A stretch of 64,000 bases of DNA from Marsupella aquatica (GCA_973895155.1 OZ316899.1:12899934-12963933), one strand, 5' to 3'; shown: positions 33,521-47,696, numbered from the stretch's first letter. Notes: generated from the sequence alone by a model not told the origin. Made by a program: numbers and translations.

Positions 33521-35517
33521 GGAACCGGAAGAAAATTTGGGTAATGCCTCAAAGATCCTTCAAAGCTATCGTAAACAAAGTGGCTGTCGTTGTGAACTGG
33601 TACAGGCAACTACAACTACCTTTGTGAGTTGTATCCTAGTTTCACTCCTCCCGGCCTATTGAGAATAAAGTTGGATTGCGTGGGCGCTAGAGGTTGTTGG
33701 GCCACCTATTTGCTTTTCACGAGTGGAAGTTGATGGTGCTCGCCTCACATCTGTGGGCGGGCTGTTCAAACCAAAGGGGAGTGCCCCAAGGAGAGAACAC
33801 TGGGTCCAACGAGTTTGAAGTTAGCTTACCCGATTGGACTGGCATCCTACTTGGACAAGTGGGATAAGTTGGAATTTCCTAAGTCTGGAAGGCGCATACC
33901 AACCTGGTTTGCATCACCCTTATGGGCAAACCATATGTTACCTCATAAAAATTTTAAGGCCTAAAGTGGTCTAGGCATGCTGGAACGTTTACTGAGGTCA
34001 CACGGACGTGACCATTTTTAAGGGGGGGTGCAAGTTGCGTAACTCGACTACCTTAACACTTAGCTCCGGCATTGCTGACTTTGACGCCAAGCTCCCTTAT
34101 GGTCCAGGCTCGGATAGGCCATCCGGGAAGGACTTAGCATGGGGAGACTTGTGGGCAATGGGAAATGGCACTAGCGAAGGCAAGGCGCGAAGCTGGTGAC
34201 ACACACTAAGGACTTAGGGTAGCTGAGAGCTTGTTGGGTCAAGGGGAAATAGGCCGGACTCAAGGTCGACCGTCTGGACCCCCGGACGGACTTTGAGTTC
34301 AAAGGGCTTGAGTGAGAGCTCCTCTTAGGCCCAAGGCCAATGGAGTTGATGCCATGGGCAACGGACGCTTGGGGCGCAAGTTATGGCCCGATCCGGGTTG
34401 GGCCGGTCAGGGGCCCCAAGCGGCAATGAGACCTGAGGGCCTAGGCATGAGCACCGGGTTGGCCCGATCACAACGTGCTAAGGCACTCCGCTTGCGGAAG
34501 CCTAACAAGAAAGATATGGGCGTTGCCAGTTGGTGGCGCGCCAAGTATGCGCGATAGGCCAAATGTTTAGGGACCAAAGCTGGTACGGGGGTGGCAGGTC
34601 TCCAAAAGCATATATGAGGGGATTGTTTTCTCCCTAGGGGCCAAGGGCGAGCCAAAGTCGTGAGCCACGGCGGTCGCGACACTAAGGGAAAACACCAAAC
34701 GGAAACGGCAATATATTCCCAACGGGAAGTCTGTTGAAAGACTTCTTGGATGCATTGGAAAGTTCTCAAGGAGAGATACATCCACCTGATCTCATCTGGG
34801 TCTGGGGATACCATGGGTTCTTGAGGTTTGCGGGTGTTAGCTCACCCGTTTGCCAAATCCTGCCGAAACAGTAGCCAAACCACGTTCAGTCTCCCAAGGG
34901 AGCTTGCATTGCGGAGGCAAGGCCAAGTAGGCGTGGAGGTTGAGTTCCAAGGGTGCTTGGCCCCTAGACCATCAGTGGGGCAAGAACCAGGAGTTGGTTG
35001 CTAGAATCAAGGCCATTCTGGTCCCGACGTGTTGGGACAAGCTTGAGACAAGCTTTAGGACAAGCTATGCTATTTGGGCCATGAACATGTCCTGGGGTCA
35101 GAGCGGTCAGTTGGTGATGGATAGGTACGAGGGGGAACCCGGCCCGCGCCCAAGGAAGGAACTATTCTGGACAAACAGTGGGCGTGGGTTCTGGTTCTGG
35201 CTTATGGCATCAGGAGGACCTATTATTGACCTATTTACCAATGTCTGTTGAGCTTGAGTTAGGATGCTAGACTTGGTGATTTCTAGATCTTGAAGGGTTA
35301 GTTACCAAGGTGCTTGGTTGCTTGTGCAGACAGTGAGGACTATTGAGTAGCGGTCGCGTTGGAAAGCAAGTGCGGCTTCGTATGGGAGGGGCCGCTGGTG
35401 GTGCAAGGGGCACTAGGTTGTTTGCTCAAGGTATTCCGTGGAGGCGTTTGGGCACCAGGGGCACTTAGGCGTGGGTGCTAGGATTGGTGAGGGCGCGCTG
35501 GGTGGCAAGGTCCACCA
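33521..35517 (+). mobile_element. Remainder of the chromovirus: chromodomain end, 3' UTR, PPT and 3' LTR
   Basis: EPEENLGNASKILQSY completes the chromodomain; PPT TTTTAAGGGGGGG then TG at 34029. The right end of the LTR is only approximate. Confidence 0.7.
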
Positions 35518-38500
35518 CTCTCTGTCTCCCTTGCTCGACCAACTTTCTAGATGCCACTTACCTTGCTCTTTTGGCCGGGGTGGTTTCTTTGTTGTAGGTC
35601 ATCTTCCTCTTCATTTTGACTGCTCTTGATGACTCCCCCAACACTATTGCTTTTGTCCACGCCTCTGTGCAACCCTTCAGGTCCCAATGTTTGTCGTTGC
35701 AGTGGTTAGTGGCCTCTTGGATGCCGACAATTATGTTTGTTTGAAATAGAAGATTGTCGAGTTGATCGGCAGTAGGCGTCCACAAGAAGTCAGCCTTGAT
35801 GAGCTCTCCTAGAAAGACAAACTTCTGCAATTCCCATAGCCAAGCAAGCTCCTGTCATTCTCGGGCTGCTCTCTCCTACTCCTCATCCTCGTATGTCCCA
35901 ATGTACTCAATTGCCCGTTCAAACAGGCATCCCCAGAAGTGTGCAGCTTGATTGACGTGCTCACTCCCACCTTGCGTCAATGCTCGGTATTTGCTTCCGC
36001 ACTCAGTGTTCACCTCAATAGCTGATAGTCGTTGGCTTCTCCTTGCAAGTTGCTCGATCAATGTTTGTGAATTTGCCATCACCCTTGGTGAACCTCCCTT
36101 ACCCCCCTCCGACCTGCAGTTGCCTGACTTTGTTGTTGATTACCTGCAATCGCCGGTGCTTAGCGTACCCTAACCCTAATCGTGCCCCTTGGTTGCCGTT
36201 GTGCCTATTACTCTTGGCCTTGGCTCGGGTTCCATGGATACCCTTAATTGTTTATATTTTCTTATTTTTCCTCCTTATACTAAGGATTTTAGTGTATACC
36301 ACCCGACTTTACTATTTTACAAGGCCTAGTGATTCCTGGCTAGGCATCACAGACGTGCTCCCCATAATCTGGCAAAATTCCTATTAAATCTTGATGACTC
36401 CACGCGAAGACATCTTTGTATTCTTCAAATAACTTCTGGATGGTCTTTTCCTCCGGAGCTTGTAGGCCGTACCTTAGGTTGAAGGTCCTTTCCATTCCCA
36501 TGGTATACTTGCGATAGTGCTCCTTGTAGATTACATCCACACAATTTTGTGTAGCCTGATTGAGGTTGCCCTCTAGCTCCTTTAGTCTGGTACCGCCATA
36601 GGCCATGGGTTCCAAGGCTGTTGGCCGTGCTTTGAGTGGCTCTATCGACTCCTCCTTCGTGGACGATACCTCGAGACTCCATGTAATCCTTTTTTTTAGT
36701 TATTTAGTAGCAAGGAAGGCGCCGTCCTTCAGTATACTCAATAGGAGAGCCCAAGGGGTGATCTCCGTAGGGGTTGCTGGTATTGGCGAGTCCTCGCTAG
36801 CTATTTCCTCACCATTCTTTGGTGCCTCAAGTGCTCTGACAAGGGAGGAAGGTTTGGGATGGTTCAATATATGGGCTTCTTGGGTAGCCTCTACCCCGAA
36901 GACCTCTTCCTTGTTAAGTTGAGAGATTACCTCAATTATGTCCACCTTGGATTTTGATATCTCCTCCTCGAAGTCATACTCCTTGGGTCCTTGTGGCATT
37001 TTGCCTTAATAGTCTTCCTCCTTCCATGACACGGTCGAGGTAGGGTTACCAAATCGTAGCTCCTTCTTTCCCCAGTCTGTTATGACTCGAGCATCATAAA
37101 ACCAGGGTCGTCCCAACAGTATTGAGTATGAGGAGGGTCGGACTGGTTGCATAACCAGGTAGTTCAGGAAGAACTCAGATCCTCCAATCCACATAGATAT
37201 CTTAGTTAGCGTCCCCAAAGGCATAATCCGCGCGCCATTAGCCAACCAAATGGCCCGGGCTGTTGGTTGATATGAGGTGTATCCCAGTTTTACGGACATG
37301 TCTTCTGTCATGATGTTTACCCCGGACCCTCCATCCATTGGTACAAACCAAAATGGCACAGCCTAGTATTTGAATGGGGATCTCAGGTGCCCCAAGCTGT
37401 TGGTAAATCATCATACAGCTAGCTAAGGTGCTTACCCGAGGGAGTTGTCTGCGCCTCTTCCCAACCAGCATATCCTTAAGCTGCTATCTATATTTTGGGT
37501 TATCCTGCATCAATTGTCCAACCGTAGCAATGGTGGCACAGTTTTGAACATCCTTCTTGATGTCATACTGTTCTGCCGGTTGGGTTGCGGCCTCCTTTTT
37601 AAGTGGCTCTGCCTCCTTGACCTTGGGTTCCAGTTCTGCCTTGGTTTTCTCAGCTTCTTCAGCCGCCTTAGCATCCGCAATATCCTTTTTAATGGCCTTC
37701 TCCTGCTCCTGAGCTTTGTAAGCTTCTAATTGTTTCTTGACCAGTTCCTCCACTCGAGGGTAAAACAACTTTGGATTATCCCGTTGGTAATCTTCCTTTT
37801 CTTCCGGCTCAACCGGGATAGGTTTATCCGCGATAGATCCCCCCTGCTTACGGTCTCTTTGAGTCCGTCCGTCCTCATACTTGTCCTTCTTTCAAGATGA
37901 CGGAGTAGAGACACGGTAGCACTCGTTGTCTGCGTGCGCTCCCGTCTGTTTGACTGCTTCTATTAAGTCAATCCACTTTGTGGTGTCGTCTTGTTATTCC
38001 ACCGTGACCATCTAGACTACCGCATCCGTGCTAGGGGTGGCGCAGGTAGGGCGGCACGGATGGCTCGGGCCTTTGCGGCTAATACCAACGGACAGTTTGC
38101 CATGGAATGTGCCTTGGTGCAACAAAATTGGCACAACGGAAGTGCTCTCCCATCTCCTTGCTTGCGTTGCTCCGTACATTCTTTTTTTAATTTTAATTAT
38201 TTTATAATTTTGATTTTATTCCGCATGAACCCCATGGATGGGGGAACCAGCAGGCCAAACGGCAGCAGAAGCCACAAAGGGCAAAAGGGTAACAGGACAA
38301 ATAAGAGTCCAAAAAAGTCAAGGACATCAGATCCCACAAGTGTTGAGAACTAGTAAGAATCAAGTGTTGACTTCACTGGCACTCAGATAGTTGCATCTAA
38401 TGAACTCAAGGGCAAAGCAGAATCAAAATAGTGCCAATGCAAGGAGATGGATGTCTTGTCAGAAGTATGGTCCTAAAGGCTTTTCAGCCAACCAAGCCTA

Positions 38501-38674
38501 CAAGGGTTAAAAAAGGGGGGGTAGTCAAGCAGGTTAGAATGCCGTAATAAGATCTAGGGCAGGCATAAGAGCAAAAATTACTAATCCTAAAGATATAAAT
38601 TAGGCCTATGATCAAGGACACAAGGGCAGCTAAGTAAACTAGTAACTAAGAGCTTCTGTGGCCTAAAAAAAAGA

Positions 38675-39245
38675 TCAAAGCGCCGGGTGTCCTCCTGCAG
38701 CACCGCCATCCAGGATGGATTCAATCCTCCTAACCCCACTGCTGAGAATGTTGATGCATTCTGTCTCTATCAGTCCTTTAGCACCTGAGAGGCGTCGATG
38801 TTTGCGGCTTAAAAGAGAGGTAGACAGCACCAAAGTGGATGTGATAACCGCATTCAAGTGGTCTAGAATCTCAGAGATCACCAGCAATTGATCAAAGATT
38901 CTATGTCGAGTTTTGTCAAAATTTTGAGCATTATGGGCTAGCCAAATGCACCACAAAATCTGGTAGACCGTGTTATTTCCAAAGAGAGTGAATAGGCAGT
39001 TTCCCTGCAGCGGAAAAAATCAGAGTGAATAAACTTGGTGTTCCATCGCAGAGTGCACCCTCCATCCACCCGTGGACCTCCAGCCAACAGCAACAAGCAT
39101 GACGGCATGAAAAGAAAATGTGAGGAATAGTTTCAATCATCCCAACACATAAGCCACAACAGCCATCCGACTTGCCAATCCGTAGAGCACGGGAGCCAGA
39201 GAACAAGCCTTGCGCAATAATCCGCCACAGAAAGACCTTAGCACG
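38675..39245 (-). pseudogene. L1 ORF2 C-terminus (zf-RVT region)
   Basis: KVFLWRI...CGLC..IETIPHIFFSC and WCIWLAHNAQNF. Confidence 0.8.
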
Positions 39246-42200
39246 TGTGATAACATGGTTAAGAAGAAAGGAATAAAGAAAGTGGAAAAATTAATTAATT
39301 TTTGCCTTTGAAGCGGGAAAGAAGAACCTTAAATGCTAAGAAAACCATTATTGAAAGTCTAACAACCATTCAAGAGATTAAGAGAAGGAAAAGAGGCTCA
39401 ACCGGAAGAAAGTATTTCTTGGTAAAAAGAAGGAAACCGGATCACGAACCGGAAGCCGTAAAATCGTCTCCAAACGCTATCAAGAACATCTGACACCAGG
39501 TTCTTGAAGCCGAGGCTACGCTCTTCGTCCTGGGGAAAACCCATAAGCATTGGACTCCTGACAGTGAGCCGGAATCCCTCTTAAGGCCGAACCGGTTCTT
39601 CTCTTCTCACACCTCTCAAAGCTGAACATAGTAAGTTTTGAGCTCCCGAGTGAATAGGCTTGTCGAAGCAGTAGAGAAAGGAGGCTCTTCCCTTCCGGTT
39701 GAGGATCTTGGATCCGGATTATAGGACCATTCTAGTTTCTGTGAGAGGAAGGTATAAGAGAGCCTTGACCGACTCGTGTGAGGTGGCAGCCTACTCCTAC
39801 GCTTGGAGGGAAGGCTAGGGATGTGGAGATTGGCGCTAAGGCCCCCTGTTTTGATAGTTGTCTACTTCCGGGGCTTGAGCCGGTTTCTGAACCGGAACTG
39901 AACTGGTGGCAAACCGGTTTCTGATATATCTCGCTTGCTGGACGTTCGTTTTCGTTGAAAGTGTGCTGAGATGGGGAAGGTTGGCTGATGTACGCGACGG
40001 AGTAATTATAGAGGCTATATTCACTTCTAGCTCCTACCTTCTACCTTCACCGGTTCAAATCTGTTTGCTACTCCAACTACCAGGCAGTATGAAGAGTGCC
40101 AAGAGCAGTCCTTCTTCCAAGACTCAGAGTGGGACTCCAGTAAAGCCTGAAGTACGACGTTCAAAGAGGAAAGAGGCTCAGATCACCATGAAGCCCTTGA
40201 GACCCCTCATTCCTACTGATGCAGCTGAGAAGGAACAACTCCAAAAAGATCTTACACTAATGGGCTGTGCCTCCTTGATGGATCTTACTTGGGGATTTCT
40301 GAGTGAAGACATGGTAAGGGAAGTGCTGGCAGGAGTTCCTCCCACAGAATTTCAGAAGACTGCACGAGCTCGACCAGAAGCTTGGACCAAGGCATTCGTT
40401 GGAGAAGCTTTTCAGCTACCAGTGAAAGGGAGTGGCTTCTGCCCCAGAGGAGAGAATCTCACAGTGGAATACTTTGGTGGCAAGATGGATGCCAAAGAAG
40501 AATGGACCATCAACCAGTGTACTCACAAGGACCTCAGGAACGTGATGGCATTCCTAGTCCCCCTCATCTATCCAGAGAAACCAAGGAGGGTGATTCTTAA
40601 AGTAGGAAGTACTATCATTGCTTCCTTCTTCAAAACCATAGAGATATCATGGGCTACTATCTTCTCAAGTGTTCTAGAGAAGCAGGTCTCCGCCCTGTCC
40701 AACAGAGCCCCCATTGCTTTCTCCTGTTACTTGGTACATCTATACTCTCATGACCAAACCTTATTCAAACATGAGAAGAGTGCATTTGGCACCAAGAGCA
40801 GCTATGTGAAATATGGAGTCTTGGATCCAGAAATTCAGAGTTTACCAGAGTCTGAAGATGACCCAGAGCCAGAAGAGATCGACTTTGTAGGGCCAACCAG
40901 GAAGCGGAAGCTCGACAAAACTGAACCGGCTTCTGATCCGGCTTTTGAACCGGTTTCTGACCCGGTTTCCTACTCGATGAGTGGCGCTACTACCTCTTCA
41001 GCCGGTCTTTCACACTCTACCTTACACCATTTTTCTTGTTTATTCAAGGATCTTTTGGCCATCAAGACCGAGATGGGAATCATGGAACCAGTGCTCTCAA
41101 GACTCTCCCAAGTGACTGGTGTGGCTCCTGCTGACCTTGTGAAGAAAGTGGAGGACCTGATGAAAGGAGATGAGAACAAGGTCAAGATTGAGCAGCTAGA
41201 GAAATCATTAGAGGAAGAGAAGAAGAAGAACTATCATCTTGAACAGTTGCTGCACAAGGCAAAGGAGAAGACCACAACGGAGCAACTACTCTTCGATAAC
41301 ATTTCCAGAGCTATGGATCACCTGGAACCCTTAGTAGAAACCAAAGGAGAGGACCTGGTACAGACCCAACTATTCAGGCAGTACTTCATTGATGTTCCCA
41401 ATCCCCTTCTCATGCCCTTAGTCATCCAGATTGCACATGACTATGGTGACAAGGTGGAAGAATGCCTCTTTGCCCTCAATCTTATCCTTGCTGAACTGAA
41501 GAAATTCTATGACCTTTCTGATGAGGAGCAGACTCAATTTGCAGAGAAAGTCACTGTTCCATCTCCACAGGTGACACCAGCAGAAGGATGGGCTGACTCT
41601 CCTGACCCTGATATCACTTCTACCACAGTTACACCCAATTTTCCACCCATTCCGACCTCACCATTTACTACTACCTTTGGAGGTGTCACTTTCATGCCAA
41701 ACCCTCTCAACTCCATTGATCTAGTAGTAGACTCCACATCGGTGAAGCCTGACACTTCAATTCCCGAAGAGTAAAAAGTTATTCCATCCGGAAGTTGAAC
41801 CGGCTTCCCATCCGGTTTCCCACCCGGTTTTTGATCCGGTTTCGTGTTTGAAGCCCTATAAAACTTAGTATAGGAAGAATTAGACTTTGAATTTTTGCTG
41901 AGAGCTTTATCTCATAGTCTAGTTTCAGACCTTAGCATTACTTTTTACTTTTACACTCAAGTTAGGAATTGAAGGGGCATACCTCTTCAACTTTTGTTTA
42001 GAGGAGACTTGTCCCTAAGTATAAGAGGGAAAGTTTCCACCATTTTACTCAGACTTACATTTCACTTTTGAAAGTCTCCTTCTTGAAGAGAAGTAATAGA
42101 TTCATAATTTTGGTGATCTATGCTTTGTGTTTGGACATTAGTGTGTGACCATTCTTGCTAGAAAATCTATGGAAAGTGACTAGCAATATCATAGTTAACC

Positions 42201-42800
42201 TTTAGGCTGACTGGAAATGCATGCCTGAGATCATGCAAAGGTCTAAAGATTCATGTTGACTATGGAATACTTATGGCTTATTAAGTATTAGTGGAAGAAG
42301 CACCATACGAGAACTCACAAATTGCATAGTCCAAAAAGAGCAATCTGAAGGATTGAATAAAAGAATAAGTTAGTTCGGAGTGATGAGTACCACCTTTGCC
42401 TTGACATAGGTCAGAAAGTTAATACGGGCTATCTTATATACATCTTTTACAAATTCTTAGATGGTTGGCTTTAAGGATTAGCTTTAGGCATCAGCCTAAT
42501 TTAGTCAGACTCTCTGTTGACTCTTAATCATGCCTAACTTAGTCATAGATTGCTAAGTGGCGAGAGGAGATGAGGCATTTAAGGCTCGCCTAATCCTCTC
42601 TTTACGCCTCCGGCTTTTGGTTGTTTTATTATAGTTTTAGAATTAATTATTGCACTGTTGATGATGCAAACATCACAATACCTGAGGATGTATTAAAAAC
42701 TCCTTCCACCTGACCTAAGCATGTCGGTAAAGGCTTAAAATCTGAGATAGGTTAGCTTAACTATCTCAAAGTATATTAATACAATCTTTTAGGTTTCACA
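39246..42800 (+). mobile_element. TG...CA-bounded 3.55-kb unit with one ORF (probable giant LTR of another family)
   Basis: TGTGATAAC...GGTTTCACA ends; interrupts L1 ORF2; no matching TSD; right boundary may extend to about 43065. Confidence 0.55.
39906..41774 (+). CDS. PMD-like/plant-transposon domain + coiled-coil protein (probable ATG at 40089)
   Basis: Open 622-codon frame: LMDLTWG...EAFQLP...QCTHKDLRNVMAFLVPLIYP...ISWATIF...YLVHLY, then a coiled coil; same layout as 12011-14458. Confidence 0.7.
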   Translation: MANRFLIYLACWTFVFVESVLRWGRLADVRDGVIIEAIFTSSSYLLPSPVQICLLLQLPGSMKSAKSSPSSKTQSGTPVKPEVRRSKRKEAQITMKPLRPLIPTDAAEKEQLQKDLTLMGCASLMDLTWGFLSEDMVREVLAGVPPTEFQKTARARPEAWTKAFVGEAFQLPVKGSGFCPRGENLTVEYFGGKMDAKEEWTINQCTHKDLRNVMAFLVPLIYPEKPRRVILKVGSTIIASFFKTIEISWATIFSSVLEKQVSALSNRAPIAFSCYLVHLYSHDQTLFKHEKSAFGTKSSYVKYGVLDPEIQSLPESEDDPEPEEIDFVGPTRKRKLDKTEPASDPAFEPVSDPVSYSMSGATTSSAGLSHSTLHHFSCLFKDLLAIKTEMGIMEPVLSRLSQVTGVAPADLVKKVEDLMKGDENKVKIEQLEKSLEEEKKKNYHLEQLLHKAKEKTTTEQLLFDNISRAMDHLEPLVETKGEDLVQTQLFRQYFIDVPNPLLMPLVIQIAHDYGDKVEECLFALNLILAELKKFYDLSDEEQTQFAEKVTVPSPQVTPAEGWADSPDPDITSTTVTPNFPPIPTSPFTTTFGGVTFMPNPLNSIDLVVDSTSVKPDTSIPEE

Positions 42801-43065
42801 AGCTCTTAACGGGAACGAATTCTGGTTGTTTAAGAGGAAAGTAGTTCATATTTCCTTAAACCCTACTCTACAGCATGGGTAGAGAGGTCAGCAGTCCACA
42901 CAGTGTTCCACACTCTATTCCAATCCTCCTCCGGTAAAGTTTCTCCCTAGATCCGGTTCAGCCGGGCGGAGTCAGTGCCTTTTGGGCAAAGCAACTCATA
43001 AGCATGTGCATTCGTTAAGTCAAAACGATTCATTCTCTCCTCCCGTATATTCAATCTAGCCGCTT

Positions 43066-44855
43066 GCCAACCAAGTAAGCAAGATATTTTCCAAAATATG
43101 CCGACCAAGAATGAAACCGGTCTGTTGCGGACTTATCATACGGGGCAGCATCACCATCAGTCGTCGAGCAAGCAGCTTAGCCAAAATCTTGTAAGTAATG
43201 GTAAGCATCGTCAGCAGCCTCCAGTCGCTCAGATGCCGCTTGTCAGTCTTTTTGGAGATAAAGCGGATCACTCCATCCTTGATGCCATAAGAAATATGAC
43301 CAATCCTCCAAAAGGCACAGATCATATCATAGAAATCAGCTTTCACAAAATCCCAAGAGGCCCTCAAGACCTCGGCGGTCATACCATCCACTCCAGGCGC
43401 CTTGTCATTGGGTAGCATGAGCAGAGTATCATGTACCTCTTGTATGGTAGGTAACATATCTAGATTTCTGTTCTCAGTGGCAGACGGGGAGAAATGAGTG
43501 TGTTTGCAAAGCCTCCGATGAGCAGATCTCATCTCCAGAACCTCCACAGCACTTCGTTCAGGTGGAGAGTACAATGATTCACAGAATGTCTGAACCTCCT
43601 TGATAATCATATTTTCATCTCTAATTTCTTTGCCATCCTCTCCAATTAGGCATTCCATCGTTTCTCTCACTCGCTTCGCCTTGACCAATGAGAAATAGAA
43701 CTTAGAAGGTTCTTCCCCCTGGCCAAGCTAGTTGATTCGGGAAAGACGCCGGTAGTAGTGTGCATCTTCAAGCTCCAGCTTGCGAACGCAATTATCTATG
43801 AAGGAAAAATCCTGGACAGCTCCCAGAGAGTACTCATCCATGATAGCAATTTTAAGGAGGCAAAGTTTGTTCTTCAGGAGTGCCAATTCTTCCTCGCGAG
43901 GCACAGGCAGAGATTGAAGCTCCATGTAGCATTTCCAAAATCTTTGAAAGGCCCCAGCAAAACATAGATGCGGGTCCGCCAAAATAGCTCCTTCCCCCTT
44001 CCATGCAGCTGCCAATAATTCCAAGTTTCCAAACTTCCAAAGTACCAAGGGGTTTGCCTTAAAGTAGGTCGCTCTTCTCCTGTTGGAGTCAATCATAGGT
44101 GAGGGATTAAGACAAAAGGTAATCAGTACAAGATCGTGATCAAAAAGCGCTGATGTTCCATCATGTTTAAGCTCGACAATCTCAGAGGTCCAGCGGCCAG
44201 CCTTGCTGAAGTAGAAGCGGTCAAGTCTTGATTGTGACAGTTTACCATTGCGGACTCTGCGCCAAGTAAAGGAAGCACCAGTAGCCTGGCCTAGGATAAA
44301 GATAGCGTCTAGCAGGTCAAACTTAGTTTTGAGAAAGCGCCAAAATTCCAACTCACGGCCGCAAATGAGAGGGGATACTCCAATAGAATCTTCACTTCTC
44401 TCAGTCATATTGAAATCACCACAAATTATCCAGCGGTCCTAAGGCAGGACATTCAACAAGTTGTTCCATAACAACAATCTTTCTCTAGTCGAATTGGGTG
44501 CCTAAAGGCTAACCAGCCCAAAATTCCCCTCAGCATGCTCCATCTGAATCCAGACCGCTCTTCCTCCGTCAAGAACGCCAGATGTTGTAACCTTGAAAGA
44601 GGGGTGAATGAGAATAGCCATCTCGCCATGGCCATCTTCAGGGGGAGAACAAAAGTGTTGGAAGGAGGGCAGAATAGTGCGTAGAGCATTATCCAATCTG
44701 AATCCATCAGCCTTGATCTCCTGTAAAGCCAAAGCATCAAGAGGTGGGCGCAAAGAGGAAGCCCACTTAAGAACAGCGTGCTTACAATCCGGATTACATA
44801 GTCCGCAAACATTCCATGAGGCAAAATGGAAAATTCTCATGCTCCGTGATATCAC
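43066..44855 (-). pseudogene. L1 ORF2: APE endonuclease and start of RT
   Basis: SWNVCGL, LQEIK, GDFN, SRLDRFY, DHD; KAPGVDG, WRLLTML, PQQTGF; stops and frameshifts; RT core missing. Confidence 0.9.
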
Positions 44856-44878
44856 TTCTCAGAGGGAGCAAAACCAGA

Positions 44879-47324
44879 TTAGTTACACAGGGTAAGCGGT
44901 GACTTAGCAGGTTCCAGCATCGGCAGGGTTGGACTCAGAAGAGGGTTACTTGTTATCCCAGCACGAGGGTCGGCCGAAATTGCCAAAGTATCATTGATTT
45001 CATCGAGAGTCATAGTCAAATGCATCCTAAGTTCACGTGACAAACGCCTCTCCGGTGTCACCCATCCAGCCGCATCCTGCAATTTAGAATCCAGAGCAAA
45101 TTGTAAGGATCTTTGCTTCCTGGCCTTTTTCTTACCCTTGTCCTTCTTTTTATCTTTGGGAGGGGAGCGCCTTGCCAGCTTCCGAGCTTGTTCTTTCTTG
45201 ATGGCAAAGCGAGAGATGATGCCTTCATATTCCGATAGGTCCATGTCGGAGGGAATGTCAGAGGCCAAAATGTCATCCTCAACAGCAATAAGTTCCTCAG
45301 ATTCAACTTTGACAATCATCAGCAGCAACTGAGGGACAAGAATGGTTGCGGCAGAATTCGCATTCAAGGCAGGGAGAGAGTCCAAGAATTGGGGTCTTGG
45401 TTGAATTATAGAGTCAGATTGGACCTCCTGAAGATCTTGTATGATCTTGGGGAAGTCAACGTTGTAAAAAAGTAATAGCGAAGAAGGGTCGTACCGGGCA
45501 GCACCAGTGGAGGCCTCCTCAATTTTGCGACTTGTAACGACGGGATAAGGGTCAACATCAGGATTCCTGGAGCTTCCAAAAAGTAGACTTTCAGTGATTG
45601 CAGGTTTGTCAGGCAGGGCATCATTGGTAGCCCCATGTAACACAATGGTGATGGATAGTGAGTTCTCATCAGGAGGTATCAAAGCCGGGTCCAATGAGGG
45701 AATCACGTTCACTGGCGAGGGGACATTCAGAGGGGGGGGGGGGGGCAGTCTCCATAGCAGGAGCAGGATTGGCAGCACCTTGACTTTTGGTAAGTTCAGG
45801 TTCTTCCTCCTCGTGTGCGCGACAGTCTCTCGCTAAGTGGCCTTTCTTGCTGCAACGAAAGCAATGGAAAGGAATATTTTTAAAGACCACCGGCTGCCAG
45901 ATAGAAAGTCCAGTCTTAATCAGCACTTCAACACTCAGTGGCAATTCCCATTGGGTGTCCCACAGAATGCAAGCACGATCGTGGGCATAGGAGCTTAATT
46001 CATCACCTTGAATGTAATGCAAAATGTTGCCCAGGGAGGCCGCAAGTTTCCTACGGCACAGCTCCAAAATGAGAGCACGGAAGGGGATTTTGATCCAAAC
46101 ATGGAGAAGCGTGTATGATTCACTTTTGATATCGAAGGAAGGGTCCCAAGGAAAAGTAAATACAAATTTACGATCCAGAAACCAAGGAGCCTTAGCCAGT
46201 GCTAAGTCACGGTGGGCAGGATCCTTGAACACAACCATGTAAAAGTTCTTTCCCACAAACTTTACCTGGGACATCAGCCATTTTAAGTCAACCACAAAAG
46301 TCTTGTTCACCCAAAATTTGAACGTCGGGAGCAAAGGGGGTCAATCAGTGAAGCAGCACATCATTGTGCAATTGAATAGTTCCTTCACAATCTCAGCGGC
46401 CTCCTCCAAGGACCATTCAATTGTGGTATGCAGCTTAGAAGGCCAGTCCTGAACAGACAGGTCAGCAATGCGTCTCAAAATGGGAATGCAGGCTTCCGCC
46501 TCATCAGCACGATGATCAGCAAAGGGGTGATCAATCAAGGGTGGAGCACCACAAGCACCAGACCCCAGGCCAGACCCAAGCGCCGCTCTGGGAAGATGAG
46601 AAGGTCTCTCAGCCGCAATTGAGTCGTTGTTAGTTGCATCAGCATCCATTCTGTCCCCAATGTCCTCCCAAAAGTGATTATCATATGGTACCTTCAATCT
46701 GTCCTCCAGCACATCCATTGGTAAAGGCTCCAGTCGAGGGGGGTCCCAGTGCGAGAACCCATCCGTCTCAGGACCAGAAGCCCATAATCCAAACCAACTT
46801 TGTTTATTGCTGACCGGATTCCAGTTCCCAGGATTGATGTAAGGTCCAGTATTCAAGGGGCCGCCAGGGCCAGAACGGACATCTTGATTTGAAAAATTCC
46901 TGCCTGAATTGTCTCCACAAGCAAGCGGCCCTGCCATAGCCAATGGTGCAAGCGACGGTGGAGCAGGAGAAGCAACCCAATGGCCTGCCCCTCCCTCAAC
47001 ATCTTTTGTTCTTGGATCTCCATGCAGAGTCGCCACGTCACAAAAAGCTTGGCCATCCCTCAAGAACACAGGGCCAAAAAGGAGTGCACCTCCACTAGAA
47101 GAGGGGGCGCCAAAGCCCCAAGATCCCCGACGATTAGAATTCATCCCAGTTGTACACAAGGGAGTGATAAAGTCTTCCCAAAAGGGTTTGCAAAGCGTAA
47201 GTAAAGACGAAAAGGAAAAGAGTATCAAATGCAATGACCCACAAAAGGGCGGAGATTCACTCACCGCATAAGGGGACACAATTGGAAAGGTGGTCACAAC
47301 TGATACCCAATCTAGAAGAAACAC
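44879..47324 (-). pseudogene. L1 ORF1 (DUF4283-like + CCHC zinc knuckle)
   Basis: APWFLDRKFVFTFPWDP, VWIKIP, CFRCSKKGHLARDC; frameshifted. Confidence 0.85.
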
Positions 47325-47696
47325 AACGTGGAGTAATAGTCATCTCAGGGTAGCAGGAACAATCCCGGGAATAGACTAGTAACCAGTAATAGCGTGGGGG
47401 TTCCGAATCCAAAGCTTAGTTCCCAGATCTCCAAAGCAAGATAACGCATGCAACTTGCCGGAGAAAGTTTCAATCCTCCAAGGGGTAAACAACCAGGGCA
47501 GTAGAGCCCACAACGCCACCACAGCCCCAAGGGAGCCCCACCTGAAGTGCCGATTAATACACAGTCTAAAACGTTTAACACCCGGATTCCAATGAGACAG
47601 GTGCTGCTTAGCCCTAAAACACTTAACGCAGATGAGAAACATCATTTAGATGCAGGGAAACAAGCTGATCGATTTAGCACTCGTAGTTAATCGCAT

